Assembly: GCA_951406725.2 (NCBI GenBank)
Contig: OX597822.1
Location: 66,712,001 to 66,776,000 of the forward strand
DNA from: Octopus vulgaris
Lineage: Eukaryota
Reading direction: 5' to 3'
Length of the DNA: 64,000 nucleotides
Below, piece after piece: positions 10,997 to 23,470 of the stretch; position 1 is the first letter of the stretch; each line of letters opens with the position of its first letter. The translations under genes were made by a program, and so were the position numbers. The notes under the pieces are model-generated. The model did not search any database, had not been told where the DNA came from, and saw nothing but the letters and a program-made list of their open reading frames with translations.

Positions 10997-12654
10997 TCCG
11001 TGGTTAGTTATGGAGTGAATTTTAGGGCTTATAAATCTAATATTTTCCTATCCTTTCTTAATACCGGTTCCCATATGCTATTCATATCTGCACTGTCTGC
11101 TTAAGAGGATGTTGTGTCCTAGCATATGTGCTGCTTATTTTACTTTTCATATTTTCTCTGTCTGTTATTTTCAGTTCATCCCATAGGGGGTTGTCTCCAT
11201 TTTACCATACATGAACACCTATACCCGATTTATCAATATCTCCTCGTATCACAGTTTTGCGATGTTCGTCTATCCTTATTTTGAGGTGGTAGCGTGTTTC
11301 ACCTTTATATAACTTACCACAGCTGCATGGGACGGAGTACACGCAGTCTTTGGTCATATTCGCTTCTATTGGTGATTTTACGCAAAGGAGATATTTGCGA
11401 AGTGTTATATTACTCTTGAATACTGTCCTGATGTCATATGCTCTGCATATTTTTTGTATCTTTTGGGAGAAGCCTTTCACATAGGGTAGACAGACTGTGG
11501 ACAGTTTATTGGTTTCATCTCTTTTCTTCATAATTGGAGTAGATAGTATGTTTTGTGGTTAGTTGTTGCTTAATAGATAGTTATTGAGTTTCATCATTTC
11601 TGCGTGGTGTGTATCACAATCGCTACTTATATTCTTTGCACGATGTTTTAGGCACTGAGCACTCCCTCTCTTTACACTGTATCGAGGGTGGAAATTGAAG
11701 TTTAGGTATCGTCCAGTGAAGGTCGGCTTGCGGTATACGGATGTCCTGAATCCATACTTGGTGAGTGTTGTATTAATACGTCCAGGAATGATTGTCTTTT
11801 CCTTTTCCATCAGGTACGAACAGAGGAAAAAAGACTATTAAGAGATACAGTAGAGACCACAATGTAATTAGAACAGTCATATCATTGTTAATGCCTCTGT
11901 GTTACATCGTCTTCGTGAGTAAGCAATTCCACTATTACATATATATACGCCAGCAGGTCGCTCGATTTATTACAGGTAGTAAAATGCAAACAGTGCAAAT
12001 TTCTAAATATCGATTGGATTGTCAAAACTGAAAGAGGTGTACGCTTTTAGTCGCTCGATTATGCGTTTCTCACAGGACGCTAAATGACAACTGCAACCAC
12101 ATATTTATACACATACACACACTGCATTTTGTGACTGGTTTTAATGCTAGTCCATTTGATTTATATCGCATCGGTTTAAAATCAAATTTATTTTCATATA
12201 GGATATTAAATATAGGAGTGAATTGGAAGATTCAGTAGAGTGTCTGAGACAGCATTTTGCTACATTCCGCTTTTAAAGTTCAAAAATAAAAAATCATCCT
12301 GGCATGTCGTTGTAGTCAAGTCAATAAGGCAATTACCAAGGAAATATTAAGGTCGATGTAAGCGACTTTACCCCACTTTGATGACGCCAGATTAAGAGCA
12401 ATCTTCTAGATTTATGCTAATTAAAAGATTTTTCTCATGTTCCACTAGAAGTATCAAAGAAAAGTATTCCTGCAGAGTTAAATGTTTCCAATTGCTTGTT
12501 CCATTAAGAAGCTGCTCGTTCATCTAGACTTACTTGTAGTTCATAGAGCAGGACATGCTGTTTTATTTGCTAAATGAATGTCATGGTTGGTTACATAACT
12601 CTCGAACGAAAGCAATAACAGTGTTCCAACCCCCAGTGGATGCAGGGCGGGCAA

Positions 12655-13230
12655 CACCAACAACTCCTTAAGGGATTCGGTTAACACTGCTTTGCTTCAT
12701 CGTCAGCAAATATTGGGGTGACTTTGCCATTAATGACGAATTCTTAGTGCAGGCGAAGGTCACAGATCATCGAAGCGCATCTACTGAAGACACAGTTACG
12801 CTGGACATAATGTAATACCAGAATGTCCATTGACTTGCAAAGACCACGCTTTATGGCGAACTCTCCTCTGGTCACCGTGATAGAGTAGCACCAAAGAAGA
12901 TGTACAAGAAATTCCCAAAGAATCCCCTCGGTGCCTGATATATTCATCACAATCACAAGGCTGTTCTTGTTGCTGAGCGTGGATTTTGGCGCTGGAAATG
13001 ACCTCCAGGCAACAGATTCGTTTGAAGACATCAACAGGACAAGTCTTGAAGACAAAGCAAAAGGGAGGAGGAAAGAAGACAGACACCACGCTCGAACTTG
13101 ATAAACCTAGCAACACACGCAGCTTCTAAACTGGTGCCTCTTTGTCTTCAATCGAACTCGTCAGGCATCAGTAAGCCTGCAGCAGACATGAACATCATCC
13201 ATGTTGGTTCGTGCACCCAAGTGAGGAACT
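12655..13230 (+). mobile_element. RTE-clade LINE 3' remnant
   Basis: Frameshifted translation YWGDFAINDEFLVQAKVT / IEAHLLKTQLRW / TTLYGELSSGHRDRVAPKKMYK matches the RTE/BovB-type C-terminus. Confidence 0.8.
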
Positions 13231-13402
13231 TTATACATATGTGTGCGTGTGTGTGTTCCCGGATACATGAGTAATACGTAGGCGTAAGATTTTAAGTATA
13301 TTGTAAGTCTGTGAATGTTTTTTTGCAGATTCGTATTATATTTTACGGGTTCGAAATATTTGTGTGGAGCTATGATTCTGTTACAATTCAATACAGCGAA
13401 TT

Positions 13403-14242
13403 CGTGATCTGATCTATAAGTATCTGGATTGTGGCACTAGTGACGAATCTAAACTATGCAGATTGAAGCTGCTTGGCAAAAATTGACCATGAACACCGCT
13501 GTGCATACGCATTAGGTTTTAATGTTCTAACTTACTTCCGCTGTTTACAGCAATGCTTGCAAGGAACGTGTGTAGCGTGTGATCGGCGCATTAACCCTGA
13601 CAGAGAAAGTTACTATGATGATACCTGCTCAGAGGCCTACGCAAAGTTGCAGAAAGTGTATGGAGAGAAGTGTATTAGCCGCACATAATTGTACGAGTAT
13701 TTCAGACGTTTTGAAGATGGCCGAAAAATGTCGATATTGACGAACATTCTGTGAGACACTCAACCAGAAGAACTTGGGAAAAACATCGCAGATGTGCACG
13801 CCGCTGTGAGGGGAAATCGTCGAATCACCAACCGTCAGTTATCAGATGTGCATATTAGTTACAGTCCAGGTAAATCTATTATAACTAAAAATTTGGCTAT
13901 GAGACGCGTGTTTCAGTTGCACAAGATCTCCTTGATTCTGATGAGAACGAAGAAAACTGTCTGAAAGCTTTGCGTAGGCCTGTGAGTAGACATTACCAAG
14001 CTTTTGTCAAAATTCGATACAGATTCTCTGCTCAAATTTCTCTGTCATGTTCAAAGCGACGATCAAACACTACACACCTTCCTTCCAAGCACTGCTGTAA
14101 ATACTGAAAGTGAGCTAGAACGCTAAAACTTGGTGCACATGCACAGCAGAGATCAAGGTTAATCTGTGCCAAGCGACTTTACTCTGCGTGTTTTAGCTTT
14201 ACTGCTATGGTAACAATACGGATACTTATTCATTAGATTACG
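13403..14242 (+). mobile_element. Internally deleted mariner element
   Basis: Degenerate TIRs (CGTGATCTGATCTATAAGTATCTGG vs reverse complement CGTAATCTAATGAATAAGTATCCG); HTH-like translation CSEAYAKLQKVYGEKCISRT*LYEYFRRFEDGR. Confidence 0.8.
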
Positions 14243-14411
14243 TATAGCTTAAAATGTTAAGTTCTATAAATCTATTTGTTTGCAAGCAATATTATTGTCT
14301 CTTATGACATAATTACAGATGCAAATATAATATTTTTGGTGCTCTCCTCAGCGCTCTCCTGTAAAAACCAGCTCTTTTACTGATGTAACATCACACTCCA
14401 TAAGTATACTA

Positions 14412-14629
14412 CAGTAATCCCTCGACTATCGCGGGTGTTATGTTCCAAAAAACCCGAGATAGGTGAAAATGTCTCGAAGTAGAATTAGTACTGTATATAT
14501 TTTTTTTATTATGTTTGAATTTGTATATATTTATTGTATCATAAGTGCAAAACAACCCCAGGGAGGGATCGACGGAATCTTAAATAATAAACTGCGATAT
14601 GTGAACCGCTATATGGCAAGTTATTACTG
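14412..14629. mobile_element. Tc1/mariner (pogo/Tigger-type) MITE
   Basis: TA|CAGTAATCCCTCGACTATCGCG ... TTATTACTG|TA; second copy at 18336-18535. Confidence 0.7.
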
Positions 14630-14917
14630 TATTGGATTGATTACTACCAAGTTGTGTGTTTTAGAATATGATTATCACAGGAATTTCCAGGTTTGCAAAT
14701 CACATACCCCCTCCACACACACATCCGAGTCACGATTAGCGACGATAAAAATTTTCCTATATATCATTATATTGAGCCTAGCTGTTTATATTAATTTTAA
14801 TGTACATACATGCATACATACATACACACACAGGCATATATATATATATATATATATATATTACATATAAGAATTTTATATATATACATACATACATGCA
14901 TATATGTAACCTTTCTA

Positions 14918-15341
14918 ACCCTTTCTCTAACTTGAGTCGTGCGTAATTAAAACAGCAGGACTTAGTCGAACAAAAACTTCTGCTCATGCGTAATACAATA
15001 ATAGTGATGTTCGTAACTGTTATATGGGAATGTAAGTATGTTTGCAAATTCTTTTTGTTACATTTTATTCTGTGTTCTGAATACTTTTATTTTAATAAAT
15101 GTTGCTTACTGCAAGTTATGGACGATCCCTTTATGACTTAATTGCTTTCAGGCTTAGCTTAATGTATGTTCGCGCCCTACATCACAAAATGCGTCGGAAT
15201 AATCATTGCTGGACAGCAAATAGAGACTCGGACATTGCGTAGAAAATATTTTTCATGTTTAACCTCGTATATAGTACGCACTAGGGATTTTGACCTTTAA
15301 ATTTTGGGTAAAATATGCGGATTATACTCGGAGATTTACGG
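14918..15341 (+). mobile_element. Partial copy of Tc2-like MITE (see 36334-36838)
   Basis: Shared sequence AATAAATGTTGCTTACTGCAAGTTATGG ... GCGGATTATACTCG.GATTTACGG|TA. Confidence 0.75.
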
Positions 15342-15371
15342 TATATGTATGTTTGTGCATGCCTGTATGTG

Positions 15372-15434
<63 letters not shown>

Positions 15435-15441
15435 TTATATA

Positions 15442-15493
<52 letters not shown>

Positions 15494-15578
15494 CATATAT
15501 ATATATATACATATATATATACATATATATATATACATATATATATATACATATATATATATACATATATATATATAC

Positions 15579-15630
<52 letters not shown>
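15342..15630. repeat. (TA)n/(TG)n compound microsatellite
   Basis: Direct reading. Confidence 0.95.
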
Positions 15631-15631
<1 letters not shown>

Positions 15632-15649
15632 TATTTATTATATAGAAGG

Positions 15650-15700
15650 AGCTTCTACAGGACTAGTACTGTTTCATTCAAGAGAAATCTTCAGGAAGCT
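15650..15700 (-). ncRNA. Type I hammerhead ribozyme (inverted twin)
   Basis: Exact reverse complement of 15787-15837. Confidence 0.88.
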
Positions 15701-15786
15701 ATTTAACAAGAATTGTATTAGCATTTATACATTTAGGCATTTAGGCATTTAGAATTGTATAAATGCTAATACAATTCTTGTTAAAT

Positions 15787-15837
15787 AGCTTCCTGAAGAT
15801 TTCTCTTGAATGAAACAGTACTAGTCCTGTAGAAGCT
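15787..15837 (+). ncRNA. Type I hammerhead ribozyme
   Basis: AGCTTC-CTGAAGA-T-TTC(tctt)GAA-T-GAAA-CAG(tactagtc)CTG-TA-GAAGCT; intact core, predicted cleavage after GUA at 15831. Confidence 0.9.
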
Positions 15838-15920
15838 CCTTCTATATAATAAATTAATTTTACTCTGCTATGTATTGAGTACCTTACTTACTGTGGTTAA
15901 CCCCGAATCAACCCGGGACC

Positions 15921-15994
<74 letters not shown>

Positions 15995-16591
15995 TGTATG
16001 TGCATTCCTATGTATGTGTGTGTGTGTTGTTTATGTAAATATGTAATGGTATTGTATATATGTAATGGTATTATTATCTACAGGAAAAGAAACTGCTTTG
16101 GATCAGTTCAAAGTAATTCTTGTTTAAAAAAAAGCAGACGAGTGTTCGTTTTATGGCTTTATCTTGCAACGTATTCAATTCCTCGTTCTTAAAGATTCTA
16201 TACCACATTCATATTAATGAAATACTAGTACAAATTTTCATCTATTTATTTAGCACAAGTTTCTCTTGAAATTGTATTTAAAATTTTGTAAGGATGAATA
16301 AGAGAATAAAAATCTGAAGAACAACTTGTTACTCTCTCGTCAGTCAGTGAATGTAAGTTACTTTTAGTTACAAATATGCGAAAGAAAGAGTTTCTTTTGT
16401 CAGAAAGGGATTCAATAATAGGAATTCTTAGTCATGTTAGAAGTGAATACAATAATTTTTCTTCAAACTTATTCTTTCTTGTCGGTTATAATATGAAATA
16501 AAATCTCGGAGACGTGATTTATCTTCTCCATACTTGACAGCGAATTATACTATCACTTTTCAGTCTTAAGGAATATACACTGCTGGCATCA

Positions 16592-16622
<31 letters not shown>

Positions 16623-16777
16623 GTAGTAGTAGTAGTAACAGCAGCAATAGTAGTTTTGCTATGATACATAATTGTTATATTTCAAATAGTAAGAAAATAT
16701 TTAACTTTAACAGAAAGAGAAAAGTTGTATAGACTAGGGATACATTTCAGCACGATCGAAATTTCATAATTATTCTT

Positions 16778-17197
16778 GCGTAGGAGTGGCTGTACGGTAA
16801 GTAGCTTGCTTATGAACCACATGGTTCTGGGTTCAGTCCCACTGCGTGGCATCTTGGGAAAGTGTCTTCTACTATAGCCTCAGGCCAACCAAAGCCTTGT
16901 GAGTGGATCTGGTAGACGGAAACTGAAAGAAACCCGTCGTATATATGTATATATATATATATATATATGTATGCGTGTGTATATGTTTGTGTGTCTGTGT
17001 TTGTTCCCATCCCCTAACATTGCTTGAAAACCGATGCTGGTGTGTTTACGTCCCCGTAACGTAGCGGTTAGGCAATAGGGCGCGATAGAATAAGTACTAG
17101 GCTTACAAAGAATAAGCCCTGGGGTCGATTTGCTCGAACAAAGGAGGTGCTCCAGCATGGCCATAGTCACATGGCTGAAACAAGTAAAAGAGTAAAA
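16778..17197 (+). mobile_element. tRNA-derived SINE family A (internal (TA)n)
   Basis: Head AGGAGTGGCTGT.GGTAAGTAGCTTGC...GGGTTCAGTCCC; tail GGTGCTCCAGCATGGCC...CTGAAACAAGTAAAAGAG; many copies in the window. Confidence 0.9.
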
Positions 17198-17424
17198 AAC
17201 ATAGAATGTATTTAGTTCGTTTCTATAATATATTTGCTACGCTAACGTATTTTTTAGAAATTATAATATTTATATTTCAGCAAAAAGATATAAATTTCCA
17301 AGAAAATGATTGCATTCAACAGAATGATGATAGGTTATTTTACATACTTTGTAGACAGAAACATATTTGTCGTAAAGGATATCTCCGGTATTCAACTCTT
17401 CCTTATACACGTTTATGAATAACC

Positions 17425-17730
17425 GCAGGAGTGGCTGTGTGGTAAGTAGCTTGCTTATGAACCACATGGTTCCGGGTTCTGTCCCACTGCGTAGAATCTT
17501 GTAAGTGGATTTGTTAGACGGAAACTGAAAGAAGTCCGACGTATATATATTTATATGCGTGTGCGTGTGTGCGTGTGTGTGCGTATGTTTGCTGGTGTGT
17601 TTAGGTCTCCGCAAATTTGCGGTACTGCTAAAGAGACCGATAGAACTTCCAAAGAATAAGTTCTGGGGTTGATTTATTCGACTAAAAACTGTGCTGCAGG
17701 ATGGCCTCAGTCAAATGACTGAAACAAATA
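17425..17730 (+). mobile_element. SINE family A, deleted copy
   Basis: Same head and tail with internal deletions. Confidence 0.8.
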
Positions 17731-18335
17731 ACAAAAAAAAAAGACGAAAAAAAGAATTTCACACATAGAGACACATATTTTCACGCACCCGCTCGCATGC
17801 ACACACGCACACATATATATGCATATGAACACCTGTCAACCAGTTCGTGTTCTTCTATTTTGAATTTTTACCCTGTAAGGTGAGAGTTACTTCCCTTCGT
17901 GTCAACGGTTATCCATAGGACATCACTCGTATATTTTAATAAGACCTCATTTAAGCATACTGTTGACAATTTTAAGAGGAGATATTTAGTTGATACTTTA
18001 CTGTTCATTTTATTGACAATCGAGGGCGTCATGGTAGAGGTGATCCTGGGGGAGTTTGAAATCAGAAGGGATGAATTCGGAAGAAATATCGCAAATTATT
18101 TTCTTAGACAATTTAATGATACAACCGGCACGCTGCCTTTAAACTTTTAAATAATGCATGTAACAAAGCAATACTCTAGCAAATAATCATTTCTCAACAG
18201 CAAATTTTGAAATAATTCGTTATAAGTTCTACATATCACTATGAATATCTCCAACTAGAGAAAGGCAAAGTAGAACTGTATGGAAATTGATCTCAGAAAC
18301 GATAGCAAATTAAGGCTGCACAGAATGTTAGTATA

Positions 18336-18535
18336 CATTAATTCCTCGACTATCGCGAGTATTACGTTAGAAACCACTCACTCGGTGATAGTGAAAATCT
18401 GCGAAGTAAAAACTGTACTGTATTTTACTATTTTTATAATTTATTTATATTTATTTTATTGTAAATACAAAACAATACCACGGAGGAACCAACGTAAGCT
18501 TAAATAATAAACCAGAATATGGCGACGGATTACTG
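18336..18535. mobile_element. pogo/Tigger-type MITE, second copy
   Basis: CATTAATTCCTCGACTATCGCG ... GGATTACTG|TA; homologous to 14412-14629. Confidence 0.65.
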
Positions 18536-20654
18536 TATATACATTTATAATCACTTTTGCCATAGATTAAACTTGTGGAGGATGTGTAATAATTTTTTCT
18601 AAATTAATTACTGTATTTGCCTGCTGGTATGACACGCATTTTTAAAATATGTTTTTGAATACCTCAAAAGATTGCTGTATGGAAGCGTCACCTCATATCG
18701 TTATATCTCCTCCCTTAGCAAGTATAACACATACCTGATATGTAACTCTGTTACTTTAAAAAAAATATTCTCTAAATATTTTCTAAAATTCTCGTAGAAT
18801 TAGGAAAATATGTTAAACACCCATATGTTAATTTGCAATGATAACAATAACAACCGCGGTTATACTAGACATCATAACCAGGAATACTGATTATTTATCC
18901 TGGGAATTCTCTTGAGCAAAATGTAAACCCCTATACTTTTGATACGAAAGAAGATAAATTTAATATATGCTATTTATATAATGTAGTATATGTAGAATAA
19001 ATTTGTGGCATCATATTTAACTCTAGTTTACTGACAAATAATTGTAACCGCCTTAAGACATCTTTCACTACGTGAATAAAGAAAATTCCCTCTCCATATA
19101 TAATTGGTAAAAAAGGGGTGCATAACATGTGAGTTTACACCTCATGGGCTGGGAAATAGGGTATACAAGGCTGTACAGGTTAATGGACAAAAATTTTAAT
19201 GAACAAAGACAACCACAGTGGGACATGAACGTATGAATTATGTGATGTAATGAAAAATTTCAAGACATTTCGCATGACGAAGTCGCAATTCTGTCAACGA
19301 CTGTCAATAATAATAATAACCTAAGGAATCTCATTAATTCACTTTAAGAGGCTAACCCTTATAAGCTGCTGTTCATTTCTAAGATGTCAAAATGTAATCT
19401 GGAGAAGGTTTTGTTGTTATTCCTAGTATATGAACATGCATTGTAAAGTTTTCCTCAATGAATGCGCTGTTCCTAAATATAGAGAGCAAGTTCACAGTTA
19501 GATTACCTTTTATAACTGGTTTACTATATTATAGTGTCCCTATATCCTATTAGAATGTATTAGCTCGTCGTATCAACACACAGACAACATACGAACTAAA
19601 CACACACATCTATGTATATATTTAGAAAGAGATAGAGACAGAGAGAAAGAGAAACAGCCGGGTAAAAAATGACATATAAATTCAAAACGAAAACTAGTAC
19701 GATATGGAGAAAATATTGACTTAAAGGAAGAAAAGAGAGAACAAAGAGTTCAAAATAAAGGAAAGAAAATACAAGGAGGAAATGGAGTATGGTATTACGT
19801 GACATACCCAAAAAATGTAGAAAGAAAGAAGAAGATAGTCAAGTTTCATCACATAGTAAGAGTGAGAGTACCATCATACATATAGGCAGATGATATGAAG
19901 GCGATAGTAATCAAAAAGGAAAATTACAAGAAGAAATGTGTGGAGATAGTATTGACCCACCAAGAGTAAGGGTGGAATTCAAAGAATTGCCACCAGTAGT
20001 GGATTTAATAGAAATTGAACCATTGATGAAGTACTATTAAAAGAAAATAAGTATGTTAAATTGACAGGAAAAAAAGAAAAAGGAGAAAAAAACGAAAGCG
20101 CCAGGTGTTTTTTGTTATGTTCTTAAAAAATATTGAGAAATAGAAGAACAATTGTAGATAATGTATATAACGGTTCAAATACTTGCAAGGTATGTAACAC
20201 GATAATTAATTGTTAGTTAAATACATGATAAAAATGATCTGTACAAAATTAATGGTACTGCATGTGATGAGGGGCGCATGCAGCCATTCATAACCTCATT
20301 GTTATATAACCATCTCATTCATATTCGTTTTATGTATTTTTATGTCCTCTCTGTGGTGTCCTGTCTGTCCTTGTTTATCCCCCTTATAATTTGGGTCCTT
20401 GTGGCTAATAAAGAAACAGAGAAAATATTGACTTACTATCCGTCATATATTATTCAAAATTCTATCGCATTAGGAAGAACATAGAGGCAAAACTTCCTAC
20501 AAATACATACGAAAATTATAATTAGTTGCACATTTTAAACCTCGTGTTTTTCTTTGTTATAAAAGTATACTAAGTCTTCTAAATTAAAACATTGGTTGTA
20601 CACAGTGGTTCGGCTCCTGTTAAAGTTACTTAGCTTGAAAGTCGGGCATATCGA

Positions 20655-21205
20655 CTAGTACCTAATTTATCGACCCTCGGCGGAATTTGAACTCGGAACG
20701 TAAAGACGGATGTAACACCGCTGTGCATTTCGACCGGCGTGCTAACGTTTCTACCAGCTTGCCGCCTTCTTTAATCTTTAAATATTTATTTCTTTATTAC
20801 TCGCAGGGAACTAAACATAGAGGGGACAAACAAGGACAGACAAAGGGATTAAGTTGATTTGATCGACCCCAGTATGCAAGTGGTATGTAATTTATCCACC
20901 CTGAAAGGATAAAAGGCAAAGTCGACCTCGGCGGAATTTGAACTCAGAACACGAAGACAGACGAAATACCTATTTCTTTACTACCCACAAGGGGCTAAAC
21001 ACAGAGAGGATAAACAAGGACAGACAAACGGATTAAGTCGATTATATCGACAACAGGGCGTAACTGGTACTTATTTAATCGACCCCGAAAGGATAAAAGG
21101 CAAAGTCGACCTCGGCGGAATTTGAACTCAGAACGTAGCGGCAGACGAAATACCGCTAAGCATTTCGCCCAGTGTGCTAACGTTTCTGCCAGCTTGCTGC
21201 CTTCT
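20655..21205 (-). mobile_element. SINE family B (Nin/Deu-like central domain), multimeric
   Basis: Repeated GTCGACCTCGGCGGAATTTGAACTC (B-box reverse complement) and GACCCCGAAAGGATAAAAGGC units. Confidence 0.85.
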
Positions 21206-23114
21206 TTACTCCTTAAATATTGTATCTAGAGCTACCTAGCAAATATGGTATTCTTCCCTAATACATTAAGATATGACTGAACTAATATCTGAGTTCTTTT
21301 GGGATCGCTGTGAAAGAATTCTCAGAGAATAATTGGTTGATTCTCATTTGTTATTGTCATAATAAACTGTATTATGCGTAAACATATCCGCTTGTACTGC
21401 GCTGTTTGTGTTTTAAAGGGTTTCACAAGGGTCGATATACTTCCGTATGATAGAAATCTTTAAAATGGTGTGTAATTTATTCCTACTACTAAAAATTCAA
21501 AAAGAAAATATATTATTTTAAGCAAGTGTATGGTAAGGATATCTCCTAAGTGTTGAGAGAGGTTCTATTTGAAGTTTGAAAAAGTCTACGTTACGCCAAT
21601 ACCACCTCAAAATAAAATTGCATAGACATGCTTTAACAGTTTATTTGTGATAAATATTATAAATGATGGAATAATATAGAATCACTAAAACAGATTAAGA
21701 CCAGTCAAATAACTCTCTTTGATATTATGCCAACGTAAGTTTTAATGATGATCGATTTCAAAGTAATGTAGAGATATTTGAATTCCTTTTTGTCACTACG
21801 TAATAATGAATGACTTATTAAAAGCAACACGCTTGTGTGTGTGTGTGAGTGTGTGTGAGTTTTTCATTATACAAACGGGAAAATAGAACTCGAAACATGA
21901 AATATGAGTATATGTTCTTCTCTTTTATTACTTATCTGCAGAAGTTACAGTTAGACAAGGGCTGAGAGTTTCGTGTGAGTATAAATCTATCTATTCACTT
22001 CAATTTCCTGTGCTTTTTTTTTCTTGCTTTTCTTCACTTAAAACAGAGGACATCTAACAGTTAGGGGAATCGTGTGTTCAGAAAAATGATATAGGAAGTA
22101 TTGATCACTGTTTAGATAAAGTCTACTAAAAATTGTGTACAGTCACTAGTTGAAAGAAGGAACACATTTTAGAGAATTGATGCTTCTGAAGTGTAGTATA
22201 GATTACATTTGTCGACGTCAAACATGATAAAGAAAGTTATACCCTCTATACTTCACTAAAGAAGAATAACGTTAACACATTCAACACAATGTTATTATGA
22301 ACCTACTGAAAGAGACTTGCAACTGTTGAATGGTATATCTCAAACTCGTGATAGTACTGTCAATTATTTCGTAATTTTCTTTCAGCAACTTCTCAATGGG
22401 TTTTAGATTTATACCGAAGCTTGCAAAGTGAGGCAAGAACCACGCTTCTATAAATATTTAAATAATGTGACAAACGCATCTTCTGATGTCAGTGCTGCAC
22501 TTACATTGGAGCTAAAAGATCATGAGAGACCAATATTTTGTGTCATACTAACAAAATTAATACCCATCTATACCATAAACTCTGAACACTCTCTGCAATA
22601 AAGAATTGAAAGTAAAGTTGAGAACCAGAACTTATAAATAACGAGGACGTTCTCAAGTATTGACAAGAAATACTTTCGCGGTCATTTCCCTCTAGATACA
22701 CCCTCAAAGTTTTCAAGTTTTAAATTAGATACTGTAGGGTACTTGCGTTCTGGAGATACGTGATAAAATAGAAAGCTTCATATAATTAAGCAGTAGCGCA
22801 TTCCTAACATGAAATATTACTAAACTTAAATATATAGTTACAGAGCCATATATTTATATGAAAATATAAAAACAGGTGTATGTGCATAAGCCGGATCTCT
22901 CTCGGTTCACATCAACTGAATTCACTCACAAGGCTTTGATCAGCCCGAGGCAATATTAGAAGACACTTGCCCAAGTTGCCGCGTACAGGAATTGAATCTA
23001 CGTCCGTTTCTTTGAGAAACAGGCTCCTTAAAACACGGACACGCACCCTACTTCCTTGTAGCTTCTGAACAACACAATATATGTACAGATATACACACCG
23101 CACACTGATTTTAA

Positions 23115-23470
23115 GGATCTTTTCGGTTTGAACGGCAGTTTTTAACATAATTTCTAGGTAACTCAAAAATTTTAAACTTCATATACTGGTAGAATGTGTT
23201 TATAAAACATCTCTTTCTCTTGGCTTTATTGAGAAAATTCTATAGTTTGTAAGATATTTGTTGTTGTTTTTTCTTCAATTTCTGCAATTTCAACCAATTG
23301 AGATAATTGACGTCTATTGAGCTAAAAACATTATGTGCCGTATGAATATGTCCCTCGTTTAAGAAACAGATTGGGTTTATTTACATTTGTGAAGAAAAAA
23401 AGATACTCTCCCCCCACCCCTAATCCTTAAACAGATTGAAATGCAATAGATCGATACTAGGGCCATAATT
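23115..23470. mobile_element. Truncated, inverted copy of the 7568-7983 TIR element
   Basis: TTAA|GGATCTTTTCGGTTTGAACGGCAG followed by the reverse complement of the 7640-7960 internal sequence; telomeric tract mostly absent. Confidence 0.85.

Larger units (their letters stand above)
10750..11800 (-). mobile_element. 3' fragment of a second PLE (Poseidon-like), degenerate
   Basis: Track ORFs 11559..11810 (TSVYRKPTFTGRYLNF) and 11202..11531 (CLPYVKG...CVYSVPCSCGKLYKGET...RIDEH) encode RT thumb and GIY-YIG with no Cys linker; hammerhead-like motif downstream. Confidence 0.88.
15633..15924. mobile_element. Fold-back PLE-derived mini-element (99-bp inverted arms) embedded in (TA)n
   Basis: 15633-15731 is the reverse complement of 15756-15854; 24-bp spacer with ATTTAGGC repeats; each arm holds a hammerhead; AATAAA at 15848; TA tracts on both sides. 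Confidence 0.85.

Noticed and set aside
12690-12715. IFADD (RT-like motif) on the minus strand, suggesting a 5' inversion
   Set aside because: The same bases are explained by the plus-strand RTE C-terminal reading; coincidental.
15281-15752. Long Y/I-rich ORFs here and at 27095-27880, 28779-29227, 45696-46227, 58301-58687
   Set aside because: Translations of (TA)n/(CA)n microsatellites, which lack stop codons; not genes.
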